This document shows positions 1-14,198 of a stretch of 64,000 nt of DNA, piece by piece. Numbering within the stretch: the stretch's first letter is position 1; each line of letters opens with the position of its first letter. Under the pieces are notes generated by a model. The model did not search any database. It had not been told where the DNA came from and saw only the letters and a list, made by a program, of their open reading frames with translations. Source of the stretch: Callorhinchus milii (lineage: Eukaryota); assembly GCF_018977255.1 (NCBI RefSeq), contig NW_024704742.1:101744001-101808000 (forward strand). Reading direction: 5' to 3'. The translations under genes were made by a program, and so were the position numbers.

Positions 1-1070
1 CATTTTTCATCGCTCAAACCTTAAAAGCAGAAACTCAGCATTTCGAATCCTCAATTTGATTCTGTTTCTATGGAAAACAGTTTTATGGGAGGATTAAGCA
101 GGCTTGGTTTCCCTCCCTGGGGGTGGGAGTGTGGTATTGGAGGCTCCACGTTTGAAAGAGGATACTGTACTCTGTACTCTGATATAGCGCCTTATCACAT
201 TGTCAAAACATCTTAGCTTCACCAGATTCACCAGATTCCACTGTAAGGTGTAGTGACTGTATACAGCAGCCAATTTGCACACAGCAATATCCACAAAGAG
301 CCAAAACATAAATGACCAATTTTATCTGAAAGATTGTTGGTTAGGACACTATTCTCTTTTCAAGTATTACCATGGGATCTTTAACATCCACCTAAATAGG
401 CAGACGGGAACTTCAGTTTAATATTTCAGCCAAAGGCTGGCACCTCACTCCGGGAGCTCTCCCCAGCACTGGAGTGTCAGCCTAGGCTGCTGAGTCGAGG
501 ACTTCAAAGTCCCACATCAAGCAATACTGGACAATTTAGAGTTGTTGGGTAGCTTTGCATTTCCTGAAGTATTTCAGAAGTAAAATATTACTGTATATGT
601 AAAGTGAAGCATGATTGCAATATTATTACAAAAAGTACTACACGTGCAGATGAATGTTCTGGGATTGGCCTGGTCTCCAAAAGCTTTCCTTTTCAGGCTG
701 TGACAGGCAAAACAGAAGATGTATGAAGAAGGGAAAATATGACTGACTGGTGATCCAGTGCAAAGCCTGAGAAACCACTCCGGAAAATATGTTCAAAATA
801 TGTGCTGTGAGTGAAAGAAAAGTACAGACTGAGGTGAGCAAATTCTCAATGAGACAGTGAGTGCTGTGCTACTTGGGTTGGAGATTGAATGAAATAATGA
901 GGAGTGCTATTTATTGAGGGAGAGGCTAGTATTGTGGGGGTGGATGAATGTTTTGCTTCATCATGTTTGGGACTCAGTAGTTAAACAATACTTTAGAGAT
1001 AATAGTCACCAAACTTTACAGTGAAGCCCTTTTGCGATAGCCAATTTAACCAAATGCAAATTTGTTACAA

Positions 1071-2876
1071 TAATAATAATCCTTGCATTTGATAGTGCCT
1101 TATCACATCTTCAAGATGTCTCAAAGTGTTTCACAGAATATACTATAAAGTGAATTGACTGTATATTTTGTGGGTGAAATATGGCAGCCAATTGTGCACA
1201 AACAGTTGTGGATTGAGTGACCACATTTTTTTTCTGAAGGGATTATTACCCCCGGGAAAAGCAATCTGCCAATCGACTAACAACTGGGTTCCTCCTCACT
1301 GCTAGGTAAACAGAGGCGTTTGGAGTAAGGAAACTTGCCCAACCTTTCGCCCTGCTCAGGAAAATTGCGAATGTCACCCCTTTATTTATGAAGGGAGGGA
1401 GAAACCAGGAAACTATAGACCTGTCACTTTAACATCAGTCGTAGGGAAAATACTGGAATCCATCATCAGGGACAGAGTGACTGAACAGTTGGACAGGTAT
1501 GAGCTAGTCAAAGAGAGTCAGCATGGGTTTGTGAAGGGTAGGTCGTGTCTGACTAATCTATTTGAATTTTTTGAGGATGTCATTAAAATGGTTGATAAGA
1601 GAGCGTCTATGGATGTCGCTTATATGGACTTTCAAAAGGCATTTGATAAGGTTCCACACAAAAGATTACTAGCGAAAATGGAAGAGCGTGGAGTTGGAGA
1701 TAACCTTGTGACGTGGCTTGGTAATTGGTTGGGAGGCAGGAAACAGAGAGTAGGGATAAAGGGAACATTCTCTGATTGGCGGGATGTGACAAGTGGTGTC
1801 CCCCAGAGGTCTGTACTGGAACCTCAGCTATTCTCCATATATATATATAAATGACTTGGATGAAGGAATAGAAAGTTCTGTACCCAAGTTTGCAGACGAC
1901 ACTAAGCTAGGAGGTTGAGTAAGTTGTGTAGATGGGAGTAGGAAGTTACAAAGGGAATTAGACAGATTAAGTGTGTGGGCAAAGCTGTGGCAGATGGAGT
2001 TCAATGTAGGGAAGTGTGAGGTCATTTATTATGGACCTAAAAAAGATAAAGCAGAATATTTTCTTAAATGGGCAAAATTAAGAACTGTGGAGGAGCAAAG
2101 AGATTTGGGAGTCCATATCCACAAATCACTTAAAACTAGTTCCCAGGTGCAAAAAGTAATCAAAACGTGAATGGATTGGTGGCCTTTATCTCAAAGGGCC
2201 TGGAATAGAAAGGGAAAGAAATGATGCTTCAGCTGTACAGAGCGTTAATCAGACCCCATCTGGAGTACTGCGTTCAATTTAGGGCACCACACCTCAGGAA
2301 AGATAAATTAGCCCTGGAGGGGGTGCAGCGCAGGTTCACCAGAATGTTACCAGGCCTAAAAGGGTTAAGTTACGAGGAAAGGCTGCATAAACATGGATTG
2401 TATTCCCTTGAGTTTAGATGGTTGAGGGGTGATTTGATTGAAGTATTTAAGATGATAAAGGGATAGGGTAGATAGGCTAGATACAGAGAAGCTATTTTCT
2501 CTGGTGGGGAATCCAAAACAAGAGGGCATAGTCTTAAAATTAGAACTAGGCCATTTAAGAGTGAAATCAGGAAGCATTTTTTCACTCAAAGGATGGTAGA
2601 AGTCTGGAATTCTCTCCTCAAAAGGCTGTGGATGCTGGATCCATCCACACCTTCAAGAGTGAGGTTGATAGATTTTTGGTAGATCAGGGTTTCGAGGGAT
2701 ATAGGGAAAAGCGGGAAATTGGAATTGAAAGGATTAGTTGAGGTACAGATCAGTTATGATCTAATTAAATGGTGGAACAGGCTCGAAGGACTGAGTGGCC
2801 TACTCCTGTTCCTATGGAATCAAACCCAGGTCCTCCCGATTGCAAGGCGAGTGCTCTAACCACTACGCTACAAAGA
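1071..2876 (-). mobile_element. tRNA-head SINE split by the CR1 (pieces 1071-1362 and 2816-2876)
   Basis: The two pieces join into the SINE seen intact at 49071-49440; GGAA lies on both sides of the CR1. Confidence 0.85.
1363..2815 (+). mobile_element. CR1 LINE, 5'-truncated and degenerate, inserted into a SINE
   Basis: RT motifs [39 protein letters not shown]; typical CR1 3' end ggcctactcctgttcctatg. Confidence 0.93.
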
Positions 2877-3301
2877 ATGACACCTCTGTGTGCAGATTGA
2901 GTATCCAGGTATCATCAGGATTTATCAAACAGAAATACTGCACAAGGGTTGTGGTTCAGGCATCAACACCATCAAGTAAGTATTCACTATAGTGCAGGAA
3001 GTAGCATAATATTATCAGTCATCAACAAGAATAGCTTCTTCCATAAGAGCTGGAATTAAATAATACAATTGCAGATGTTAGCAAATACATAAAACTGTGT
3101 TTTGGTCTTCTCTTCCAAATGGATTATTAGAAATAAACTTTCACTGTGATCTTTGTTCATTGGGATTTCCCCTGGAACTGCCCTGAAAGCTTCTGCAAAT
3201 ATGTGCGGTAAGACATGCTTCTGACAATCAATGCCAAACCATGCAGTGTGTTGTCTTGTAACACTTCGTAATCTCTGCGTGTTTAAACATCAAACCACTG
3301 A

Positions 3302-3911
3302 CTACAACAACAACAACAAAATTCCATTTATAGAGTGCCTTTCACGTCGGGAGGACGTCCCAAGGCGAGGAACAGTTGGGTCAGGACCCGAGCAGGGGGG
3401 AAATGGTCAGGGTGAAGGGAGGGAAGGGAGGGAGCGAGGAGGGGGTAGAGAGTCGAGAGGGGAGCTGAAGGCACGGTCAAAGAGAAAGGTCTTGAGACCG
3501 GCCTTGAAGGAGGAAAGGGAGGAGGCGGCGAAGGCACTGGGGATAGAGTTCCAGAGCCTGGGGGCTGAGAGGCTGAAGGCCCGACCACCGATGGTAGGGC
3601 GGTTGGGGCGAGAGATGTGGAGCAGACCGGGGCCAGAGGAACGGAGGGTACGGGCAGGTAGGTAGGGGGATAGTAGGTCGGAGAGGTAGGAGGGAGCAAG
3701 GCCGTGAATGGCCTTGTAGGTGAGGATGAGGATCTTGAATTCGATCCTCTGGGGGATGGGGAGCCAGTGGAGGCGAGTGAGGGTGGGAGTGATGTGGTCC
3801 CGAAGCCTGGTGCGGGACAGTACACGAGCTGCAGAGTTCTGAATGACCTGCAGCTTGTGGAGGGAGGTGCCGGGAAGGCCGGCGAGGAGAGAGTTCCCAT
3901 AGTCCAGCCTA
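3302..3911 (-). mobile_element. Young L2 LINE 3' fragment
   Basis: Near-identical to 38900-39506 and 55790-56284; (TTG)n tail; [14 protein letters not shown] motif. Confidence 0.92.
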
Positions 3912-4604
3912 GATTAGCCAAATGCTCCACTTTATACATTGATTTTAAAGACATTTCCTATAATCCTATATCTCACCCACTGTACATGCTAGGTACTGTC
4001 ATTTTCCTGACATTTGTAAACAAGTGAAACTGACTGGAAAGAAGAGAATGCAGCAAAGCTTTGCAAAAATTCACGCAGTAAATAGCACAAGTCAGTCAGC
4101 CATAAGGGCTATCTTAATTTGTTTATAAGCTGTATATTCAGAGCTTGAGTGTTATCTAAATGATTTGTGGCTCACTTTAGGTAGACTTATCATACTTATC
4201 TTTACAGGGCTTGAGTGATCTCAAATGGTGAAGCCATATATCCACTAGCTGAGCATGAAACTATCGAATTTAAACACCTACCCTGTATTAAATGAATAAA
4301 CTTTTTAAAAATAAGCACTAGATTGTTGTGTCAACCATACAAACCTGCCCTGCCCTGCCCCCAAGTAAATTAAACAACAAACAAAGAGGGGTGTGTGTGT
4401 GGAATTATTGTGGATTTTGCAACTCTGCAGTGTTTCAAAAAGCCTTCTCTTTCTGGCTTGTTGTCAGATGAGCCAATGCCCCTTTGGCGCATGATAATCG
4501 TGCAACTATTTAAGAGGCGTCATGTTGTCTTTCTTCTTCTTCGTTCTCTTACTGGAATCAACGCAGAACCTTGAACCTTCAGTCATTCAACAACAATAAA
4601 CCAG

Positions 4605-4930
4605 CTGTCAGCCTGGCTTAGTTGGTAGTATAGTTGCCTCTGAGTCGGAAGGTTGTGGGTTCAAGTCCCATGTTGGGACACTGTGCTCACATAGTCTGTG
4701 CCGACACTCCAATGTGGTGCTGAGGGTGTGCTGCATTGTTAAAGGTGTGGTCCTTTGGATGAGACGTTAAACCAGGTGGGCATTAAAGACCATTCTCTAT
4801 TCAAAAAGAGAAAGCAGTTTCTGCCCATGTCCTGGCCAACAATGCCTCAAATAAAATTGGTCATTCATTTCACAACTGTTTATGGCTTCCATTTACCTAC
4901 AAAAATACAAACACTACTTCAAATGCAAGC
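4605..4930 (+). mobile_element. Old Deu-domain (SacSINE1-like) SINE; similar degraded copies near 180-500 (-), 9570-9855 (+), 32950-33195 (+)
   Basis: tRNA-like head gcctctgagtcggaaggttgtgggttcaagtccca, then gctgcattg...ggatgagacgttaaacc core; family name from memory. Confidence 0.65.
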
Positions 4931-7900
4931 ATTAAGAATATTATAACTATTGCATCTTTCACGATAGAGGTTTGCCTCAAAGTGCTTCACACAGCCGACT
5001 GGGAGCCTGAGCTGGGAGAGAATGGTCCATAATTCACTACTAACGTAGATACTTTCAACTCATCTTAAGTGCCTTCAGACCTTTAAAGCTGAGTCCTGGG
5101 ATATGAAGCAGCAATGTAAGAGTTTACAATTGTCATTCTCAGTGAGCAGCTTACCAGAAACCAGACACCTTTATTTCAAAGTTAAAATTACACTCACTAC
5201 CTTTGAGGAACCCCACGTTAGTGGAACTGTCTACAATTCGTGTTTCACTTTAACCAGTTTTTTTACTGCAGGGCATTTGAATCAGAGACCTCAGTTTTGT
5301 ACAAGGAGAAAATGTCGCATTTCTTCTTGAATTTCCTTTGAGGTGCTGTGTTTTGAGACCTACGGTTTGAACTTAATCAGATTCAGTGTTGCATAAACCG
5401 AAAGCCACAGATCATTCTCCTGAGCTAGGATCAAAACTACTTCAACAGAAGAGTGGGGGGGGAGGAGGTGGGCTGAGGGTGAAAGACATAATTACTAGAA
5501 GTATGATAGAACTGCACAATATACTGTGTAAAACTACACTATGTCAGATGTATAGTATAAGCTGTATAATCGAGCTGTAGTATACCTAAAACAAGTTTGA
5601 CCATTGTATCAATTCAACTTTTCAAAATATCTTTTCTGAGCGGTCCATTTCCGTTCTAACTGCACTGTGCTATTTTTTTGCACATACAGTATCATGTATC
5701 CCTCACTGTTTTTAGGTTTCCAGCTGTTCTTATGACCATGCCACTCATACACACACCAGCCCCAAGTCAAAGGGCCACATACAGCACACCTCTGTAATGT
5801 ACCCCAGAGGAGTCATGACTTTAGATTCACTGAAAATTGAAATTCGCTGTATGGTTAAGCAACCCTGTTGGTAGTCATGCTTGAGACTTGCTCCAGGCAT
5901 TTCTAGATCCACTGAATTCCATTTTCAATACAAGTCTGCAGCTCACTATAAAACATTTGCTGTCGATCCTTGAACTGGTTTATAGCACACTTAACAATGA
6001 CTGGAGTGTCAGGAGAGAAAACAAGATTGCAGTTTTCATGTTAAATGCTGTTTTAAAAACCGACACAAAAAAAGGAAGGAAGTGGCTGTCAGGAAATGTG
6101 CTGAACCACAACACATTTCCTACTGAAAACCCAAATCACACTGGAAAACTGGTTAACGGGTTATGTGGCTAAACCATACACAGTTTCCCTTTAAAATAAA
6201 AGCTGTTTCATATCTGTAAAGCAACAACAAAAAAATGACATTTGCAAAGCGCCTTTCACGTCGGGAGGCGCTGAACAGTTGGGGAACAGGACCATATTCA
6301 GGTTTTACAGCCAGTCGATTATGCACTGAAGTATTTAACCACAACTCATAATCCAGAATCTTCATGGGATTTTTAAAAAAAATGTTTGCAATTTTTTTGC
6401 GGAATGTACACCCTCTAGGTTTGAGATTGTGAGTTGTTGAATTGATGCAGTCGTAGTGAAGTTCAGATGTTCTGCTTGTTTTGTTTCTCTCCCACTTTAA
6501 AAAAAAGTCACATCTTCCCATTCAATCCTAAACTAAAGTTAGACCAGCAAAATCAGATTGCTTCAATATTCTATGAATTGGACATTTTTAAGGTACTTAC
6601 TGATATGTTGAAAACCTCAGGAACATGTGGTTGATTTATACAGATAAAATGCACCAGTAGCAATGCAAATCTGCAAAATAAAGATGTTAGTAGGTGGCCT
6701 TTTCACATTAGTAAGGCACTGGGGGGTGGGGGGGAGGAAGGTTGAGAAGTGTTGCAAAACAGGAAGAGGTGTGCAAACAGAACAGGAAACAAAGATCCTT
6801 GCAGTTGGTATCAAACATCCAACCTCTCACTTTAATCACAATGTTAAAAGGATCAGTGCAATGCATATTTGCCAATCAATCTGTGAATAACAAGAACGCA
6901 AGAACTACAGTTCACACATTGTCACAGCTACTACTAAAGTTTATTCATCTCCTCAAACATAAACCATATTACATGTGCCTTCTTTTGTTTATGCACAATT
7001 TTAAAACATGCAGCTCTATAATAATAGTCATTGCATTTGATATAGTGCCTTATCACGTCATTGAAATGTCTCAAACCACTTCACAGAGTATACTACAAAA
7101 TGAATTGACTGTATATTTTGTGGGCGAAACACGGCAGCCAATTGTGCACAGCAGTGTCCCACAAACAGTCATGAATTGAGTGACCAAATTATTATGATAA
7201 AAAGTACATTGTGACTTTATGATGCACTACTGGATAATTCTGAATGTGGAGACGACTACTGTATCATGATCAACAAAAGGTTCAAACATGATCAGCCACA
7301 TTGTCTCTGTAAACCAGATTGACCAGAGGGTTCACAATAAAATATCTCACTTCCAACAATGGACATGTTCTGTTCATAGCACATTCACCAGTGTCATCTT
7401 AAAGAGTAAATTGATTACTTTCTTCCCACTGCATTTATTAATCTCAATAAGAAACAATCTTAAAAGCAGAAGGAATTCAATACTTTATTAGGTTTTGTGA
7501 ACCTCCCTAACTCTCTGGAAGTATAGTTTATGGTTTGTGTGTGTGTTTTTTTTGACATATTTGACATTGATCCTATTACTCATTTCAAATGAACATATTA
7601 CTCAGTCGGAAAGTTTTTAAATGGTTAAAAGAAAGTAAGTTATGTGACAGAAAAGATTCACTAAAAACACTGCTGCAGGAAGGGATAAAAGAAAGAAGTG
7701 TCCACACCCTATTTTGATGGTGACATGTTTTGAAACACACCTAGAACTGCAAGTTTCAGGTGAGTCACAAATATAAACGTCAGATTTAAGACGGTTTGGC
7801 AAAATATTATTTACCCATCAAAAGACTGAAAAGGGCCACAATCCTCATCCATTGGAAAAAGTCACAAAAGAACAGAACCATAAATATCACACAATTGTAA

Positions 7901-8420
7901 CCAACCTTTCTCCTAAAATGCTTTTTTAAAGAAATAGTTTTTTTGAACAGTGAGCTCGGATGATATAAATGGGGAAGAACAGTAGATCGGGTTAAGAAAA
8001 TAGGTCAGGCTTGGAGCAGGTTATGCAGTTACAGCACTAAAGAGTTAAAATGCAATGCACACAGATGGAGCCACACACTGTTGGGAGCCTCCTGGGTTAA
8101 TGACCATCATTACCAATACAATTCTGTTTCCTCCCCAGCTTGGGCTCAAGAACTCACCCCAGACAGTTTCCCAGATGCAACATTACTACGCTAGCAATGT
8201 AAAAAGAGACCAAATTTATTAAATTGTTGTTTTATTCTTTTTATATGAAAAAAAACAGAAGAAATCAGCCAAAATTGAAGAAATGCACATAGTTAGAAGA
8301 AAACTAAAAAAAAAAGATTTTTTTCAACAAAACGACTGTAGAGGCAGAGCCACTGGAATGTTTACAAGGGAGATATTTGGGAAGTTAGGGTATGAAGGGA
8401 CGTGGAGTAAAGGCAGTAAG

Positions 8421-9372
8421 AAAACAAAACAACAAAATTACATTCACATCGGAAGGACGTCCCAAAGCGCTGGACAGATAAAGGTTTGGACCCAAGTTGG
8501 GGGTTGGAATCCAGAGGGGAGGAGGGAAGGGGTGTGTGGCTGGGGGTGCAATACAATTTGAATGTATATAGTGCCTTTTATGTAATTGGGAGGACAGCTA
8601 AAGACAATTCTGACTGGACATCACTACTGAGGGTAGGAGTTGAGGGGAGTGACGAGAGGAAAGGTGAAAGCACATCCAAAGGGGTATATTTTGAGACATA
8701 CCTTGAAACAGTGGAAGAGAAGGAGCAATTCTGAGGGACCAGGGAATGGGGTAACAAACAAGCAGCAAAGTGGCTGAAAACCTGCTTGACAACAGGTAGA
8801 ACGAGTCGGGTAGAGTAAACCAGATTTGGCCGAGTGAAGGGAACGAACAGATTGGTAAGGGAGAAAGAAGTTGCAGAGATAGGGTAAGTCTAGACCACGG
8901 AGGGATTTAAAGGTGAGAACAAGGATCTGAAAGTCAATCCGCTGGGGGATGGAGAGCCAGTGGAGTTGAGCAAGGAAGGGGTGATAGGCTTGCAGACCTG
9001 GTATGGGAGAGAACACAGGCTGCAAGTTCTGGATAGTCTGTAGCTTGGGCTGGTAAGAGCTAGGGAGTTTGGCAAGCATATCGACCCTGGACCTGAAAAA
9101 GGCATGGACGAGGGTCTTGGCGGACCGGGATAAGAGGCAGAGTCGGGCAATGTTACGGAGGTGGGGGAAAACTGAGGCAGTGAGAGCACTGATATAGGGT
9201 TTGATTGACAATTGGGGGTCAAAGAAGACACCGAGGTTGCGGACAAACTCCTCCAGATGGAGTGTGCATTCATGAAGGTTGATGCTGTCAGCACCTGAGG
9301 TGAGAAAGCGCTGATGGGAGCCTAACAGGAGAACCTCTGTCTTGTGGCCAAATGGGATTAAGAGATCTGCCA
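8421..9372 (-). mobile_element. Older L2 LINE 3' part plus a short L2 tail
   Basis: KTEVLLLGS, VRNLGVFFDPQLS, LHWLSIPQRIDFQI. Confidence 0.9.
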
Positions 9373-11202
9373 TGATCTAATAAACAGGTGCATCAGGCTA
9401 AATACCTCCCCCATTGCTATCTTCCTAACAAATCACTGATATAAGAAAATCAACATTGGTGAAAGGTATATAGTGAACTAATGATAATCCTTACATTTTA
9501 TATCAGATTATTCAAACAGGCGAGTCAATATGTTACTCTCATCCTAAATTAAATATTTGGATATTTCCAATGCTGGGGGTGCACTGCATTGTCTGAGGTG
9601 CTGTCCTTCTGATGAGGTGTTACATTTAGATCTCAACTATCTGCCTGTTCAATCGGATTGTTAAAGAACCCACGGCTCTATTCAAAGAGAGAAGGAAGTT
9701 TCTCCTGGTGTCCTGGCCAACAACCCTCCACTGTCTGTTTATGGGAAATTTCTGTGCACACATTGGTTACGAATACACAGTCACTACACTCGACAGTAAT
9801 TACCGTGAAGCACTTTGAGATATTTTAACATTGTGTATCAAATGAAAGGATTATTACTACATACACTCGTAACTCTGACCTCCAGCAGTTATGTTAAAAG
9901 AGCAACTCCTTGATATTAATATGTGTCATCTTATGTTTAAAAATGGAACAACTGTCGGAAGATTAAATATAAATATATAAATAGAATGAATAACTGTAAT
10001 CATGATTTCCACATGCTGTCATTATAAGTACAAAGAACCACAAAGTATTAAAAACCATGTGTGTTGTAAACAAAAACTGAACCAAAAGATATATTTTAAG
10101 TAAAGTTAATATTTGGGTTTAAATGTCATGAAGTGTCCTCGGGGAATCCAGTTAAAAATCACTGCACAACAGACCAGAGTGTGGGGAAAAAAGAGGTAGT
10201 AAGCTTATTTTAAATAAGATTTCTAATGAACTTATTGATGTAATAATTTCAAATAGGTGGAGGCAGTTCTGGCTGACAGGCTCAAACACGCAGTAGAGAT
10301 ATTACTTTTTTTAAACTCATCCAGTCAGAAGATATGTGTTACACTGTTGTTTGGAAACTGTGCAGAGAGAAGAACAAAAATTCAGCAACTCTGACCACAG
10401 ACCACACTGTCTCCTCTTTGCATTTTGACTCCTCTCTAAAATTTTAATTCAATCTGCAAATCTCCAGCATGCTAGAACACGCACAAAACGTGTTAGATAG
10501 GCTGTCAGTTAAACAGGACAAATTGGATAGATTTCTTTCAGGAAATAGTATCTTGGGATACAGTATATAGTTTAGGACATTACATGTGATTGCGACTACC
10601 AGGATGGTGGAAGGCGAACTGGATGGACCTTAGTCTTCTTTTGTCTACCAATTCTTATGGTCTTATGGCATCCTGGACCCATTTTCTGAATTTCACCTGG
10701 GTATCTTTAAAAGTCAGGATTTATCCTCCTTGAATAGTTTTAAAGAATATTTGGGAGCAGAAATAAAGTCTCATCGACCGGTTCATTAAAAAAGTATAGA
10801 TTTAAAGATGAAATCATTATCTGAAGTAAAACCACTTGGAGCAGAGAAATATATCACCATGTGTAACACACACAAGTCCAATTTTGCAATAAAGCTCTTC
10901 AGTTAAATGAAATATTGATGATACATTTTGATTTAATCTGCTAGCGATCTGCACAATATCCCTGCAGATCATTTGATCTTGAATGAACAAGTGCCGACAG
11001 TGGTTACATGCTTGCCTTGGGCCTTATTTGACTGAAACCCCATTCAGAAATGTCAACAATTTAAATGCAACAGAACACCGAGGTGACAGAATAGAAACAG
11101 ATTGCCAGTTTATAATGTTACATGTGAGTGATGTTATTCTGTGGTTCAGGACATTTAAATCTAGTTCCATCGGGTCCTACTTCCCAGATGTGGACAAAGC
11201 TA

Positions 11203-11430
11203 CGTGGTGTCCTGTAGCTCAGTGGTTAGAGCATTTGCCTCACAAGTGAGATACCTGGGTTTGATTCCCGGTAGGGCGAAACCTTGGGCAAGTTTCCTTA
11301 TTCCACACACCTGGTAATAATCCCTCAAAAAAACAATAATAATTTGGTCACTTCAATCCAGGACTGTTTGTGGGACACTGCAGTGGGTAACTGGCTGCCG
11401 CATTTCATCCACAAATATACAGTCAATTGT
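11203..11430 (+). mobile_element. tRNA-head SINE (short type), tail deleted
   Basis: A box tagctcagtggttagagc, B-box-like ggtttgattccc, Deu-like ggctgccgcattt. Confidence 0.88.
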
Positions 11431-11670
11431 AAAGTGAATGCTTTGTGGGCGAAGTGTCACACAAGCATTGAGTGACTAAATTACTTTTTTTGAAGGATTA
11501 TTACCTCCGGAAAAGCGATCTGTCAATCGACTAACAATCAGGTTCCTTCTTACTACTATGTAAACAGGCATATGGAATAAGGAAACTTACCCGTTTCATC
11601 CTGCCCAGGAATCGAATCCAGGTCCTCTCACTTGCCAGGCGAGTGCTCTAACCACTGAGCTACAGGACTT
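11431..11670 (-). mobile_element. tRNA-head SINE (long type), tail deleted
   Basis: Reverse complement of the same SINE head, with the internal cctgtttacatagtag...gatcgcttttccgg block. Confidence 0.88.
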
Positions 11671-13788
11671 CAGAATACCCAAAATAACCATGATTGATGA
11701 AAACTAACAATTGCTCTAAATGAAAAACGAAACACTTGGCAAATATCAACGACAAATTACATTTGTTTCATACTTTTCACGTTGGGAGGACGTCCTAAGG
11801 CACTGGCATGTCCTCCCGATGTCTGAGCTCCAAATAGCCACACAATGATAACTCAAACACGGCAATGTTCAGGATCTTTGATGTTTCAGCCACTACAAAG
11901 AAGGGTAGCATGAAATCACACTGCCGAAGTTTAAGATCTATCCTTATTATTAACTAACGCAACCCACATCCAGAGTACATGAGAAGACAAAGTGAGTACA
12001 TTCAGATCTGGTCCCAACCCATGTCCTCAATTTCCCAACTCCTCATTTGTGCTATTAGGATCCAACTGCAAAATTGGATAACAGTAGATAACAAGATCTT
12101 CACAGAAAATGTTGCTTTGAGCATGCGTCTAGCGTTGCAAACTACTGTCCCACATATGCAGGATTAATTGTGCCATGCACTGCATTGTACAAAACCACAA
12201 CAATAGACACGATGAGTTTAGAGAGGTCTTATGGTTTCATTTCTCAGCCTCTGTGTGGTATAAAGCCCATACATGTCTGCTACCAGCAACCCAGCTTTCA
12301 AAAGCAAAATGTTTCCAATGGATGAAGCAAAAGAAAGCACTTCGACACACTGAATCAAATAAAGATTCCCAACTTGATTCAAAAAGCATGATGAGGGAAG
12401 AAACCCTGGCACGTGGTCATGTCATGATCAAGCACATAACTGGCCAAGAGCAACAGAAGTCACGTAGCACCTTCGCTAGAGTCCTTCTCTGTATCTGTTT
12501 CGCAATTAAAGACTGAAGCCTCCATTGTCTGCAGAGACAAAGATCTCATTCAGATGCACATGACATAGCTTCAAAAAAAAGCAGCTCTGATAGTCATTAA
12601 CAAGCTCTGTCTCTATACAAAATTATAATCTTTTTATTACAAGCTCATTCAGGATGAATGTATAATGTATTTATCTTAATAAGAACATTGCCACTGCTTA
12701 ATCCCTGGACTACAGACACCATCAAAGCTGCTTGTATCATATCATCAGCTCATCAAAACAAATGTGGAGGAGTAATGGCTGACTGTCATTCCTCGAGCGG
12801 GAACTGATATATTCCCTCGACTCTTAACTTAATGTTTTCTGAGCAAAAAATGTAGTCAGAACTGTAGTTTAGAGCTATCCTCCAATGGTTCGGTGGCAGA
12901 ATGCACTACAATGCTGTAGTACTGAGCGACACACATAATTGTACACAACTCCTAAATTATTAAAAACTAAAATTCTGCTTGGAACGCATAAACTTCAGGA
13001 ACAATCTTATCAAATACTCATGATTCATACATTAATGATGGGCCAGGGAATTACACAGAGATGAGACAGGGGATATGCATACATTCAGACCATTAAGGAC
13101 CTGTCTTTGAGTTAGCTGATCACAGCCAGTGAGTGACAGATGGATGGCAAGTTATGTGGGTTTAATTAGTCAAACTCCAGCAGTACTGCAACACACCATT
13201 CTCTGGTCTTCAAGCCTTGACTCTTGCCAACACGCACCTCATACTCAACTGGATTTAAGTAATCAGAGTGCATCGTCTCGAGTCTCGATGATCATAAATG
13301 ATAAGATAACAATACATATTTATATTGTGCCTTTTACACTGGGAGGTCATCTTAAAGTGCTTTAAATTCCTAAGATTCCTAAAATGGTAAAATTTGGAAT
13401 GAGAAAAAGCCACTCGGGCCACCAGTCTTGTTTTTTTTCTCTGATCACCACATTCCATCTTCTGACTCTCCCACACAAACTCTCAACAAAATACTCAAGT
13501 GAAAATTCCAGAATTGTTATCTCACCTACAGGTACAGCACGCAGCACTGATAAATACATCGCCTCCCATGTCATGACATGTCCATGATCTCAGCTGCTCA
13601 GGGAGCAGGATGTTCCACACAGCCCTCGATCACAGTGACCTGAACTAACTCTCATAACTTTTATTCCCATTCCTAACCTTTACAGTATATTCTGTGAGGC
13701 GCTTTGAGACGTCTAGAAGACATGATAAGGTGCTACATCAAATGGAAGGATTATTATTATTATTATTATGATCCTTCTTAAAAGAATA

Positions 13789-14198
13789 CAGTAGAATCTC
13801 CATTATAACGCAGTAGTTCGGGGTCCATAGAATCCCAATGAGCTTTGTAACGGTGTGTGATCGATGGTCAGTGCTTCTCCATTGTGACTGATCACATGAG
13901 TGTGGATGTCACTGCGTATGCCCTGTTCACTGTCTGACTTTGCCATTACTAAATGCCCAACTTCCAGGTTATCAGATCACCGTCGGTGTCACTTCCTGTG
14001 TGCTGCATGTGGCACGCAGGAAGTGTCATCTGTGATGCCCCAGTGACCCTGGACTTGGCCAATTTGTAGTGTGCAGGAAGCCAGTCAGTGAATATGAAGC
14101 TGGCTATCCCACACACTCAAGACAACACGGGTTCACAGGGCAATTGTCCAATAAGCCAACCAGCATTATAAGAGGGATCCTATAATGCCATTCTACTG
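13789..14198. mobile_element. Non-autonomous Tc1/mariner (Tigger/pogo-like) MITE, 410 bp, palindromic
   Basis: TA|CAGTAGAAT...ATTCTACTG|TA terminal inverted repeats with TA target duplication; central hairpin at 13988-14027. Confidence 0.8.

Noticed and set aside
11203..11280. tRNA-like sequences (also at 21180-21255, 49071-49145, 54810-54880, 56384-56455)
   Set aside because: These are SINE heads with degenerate stems that continue into SINE body; they are not tRNA genes.
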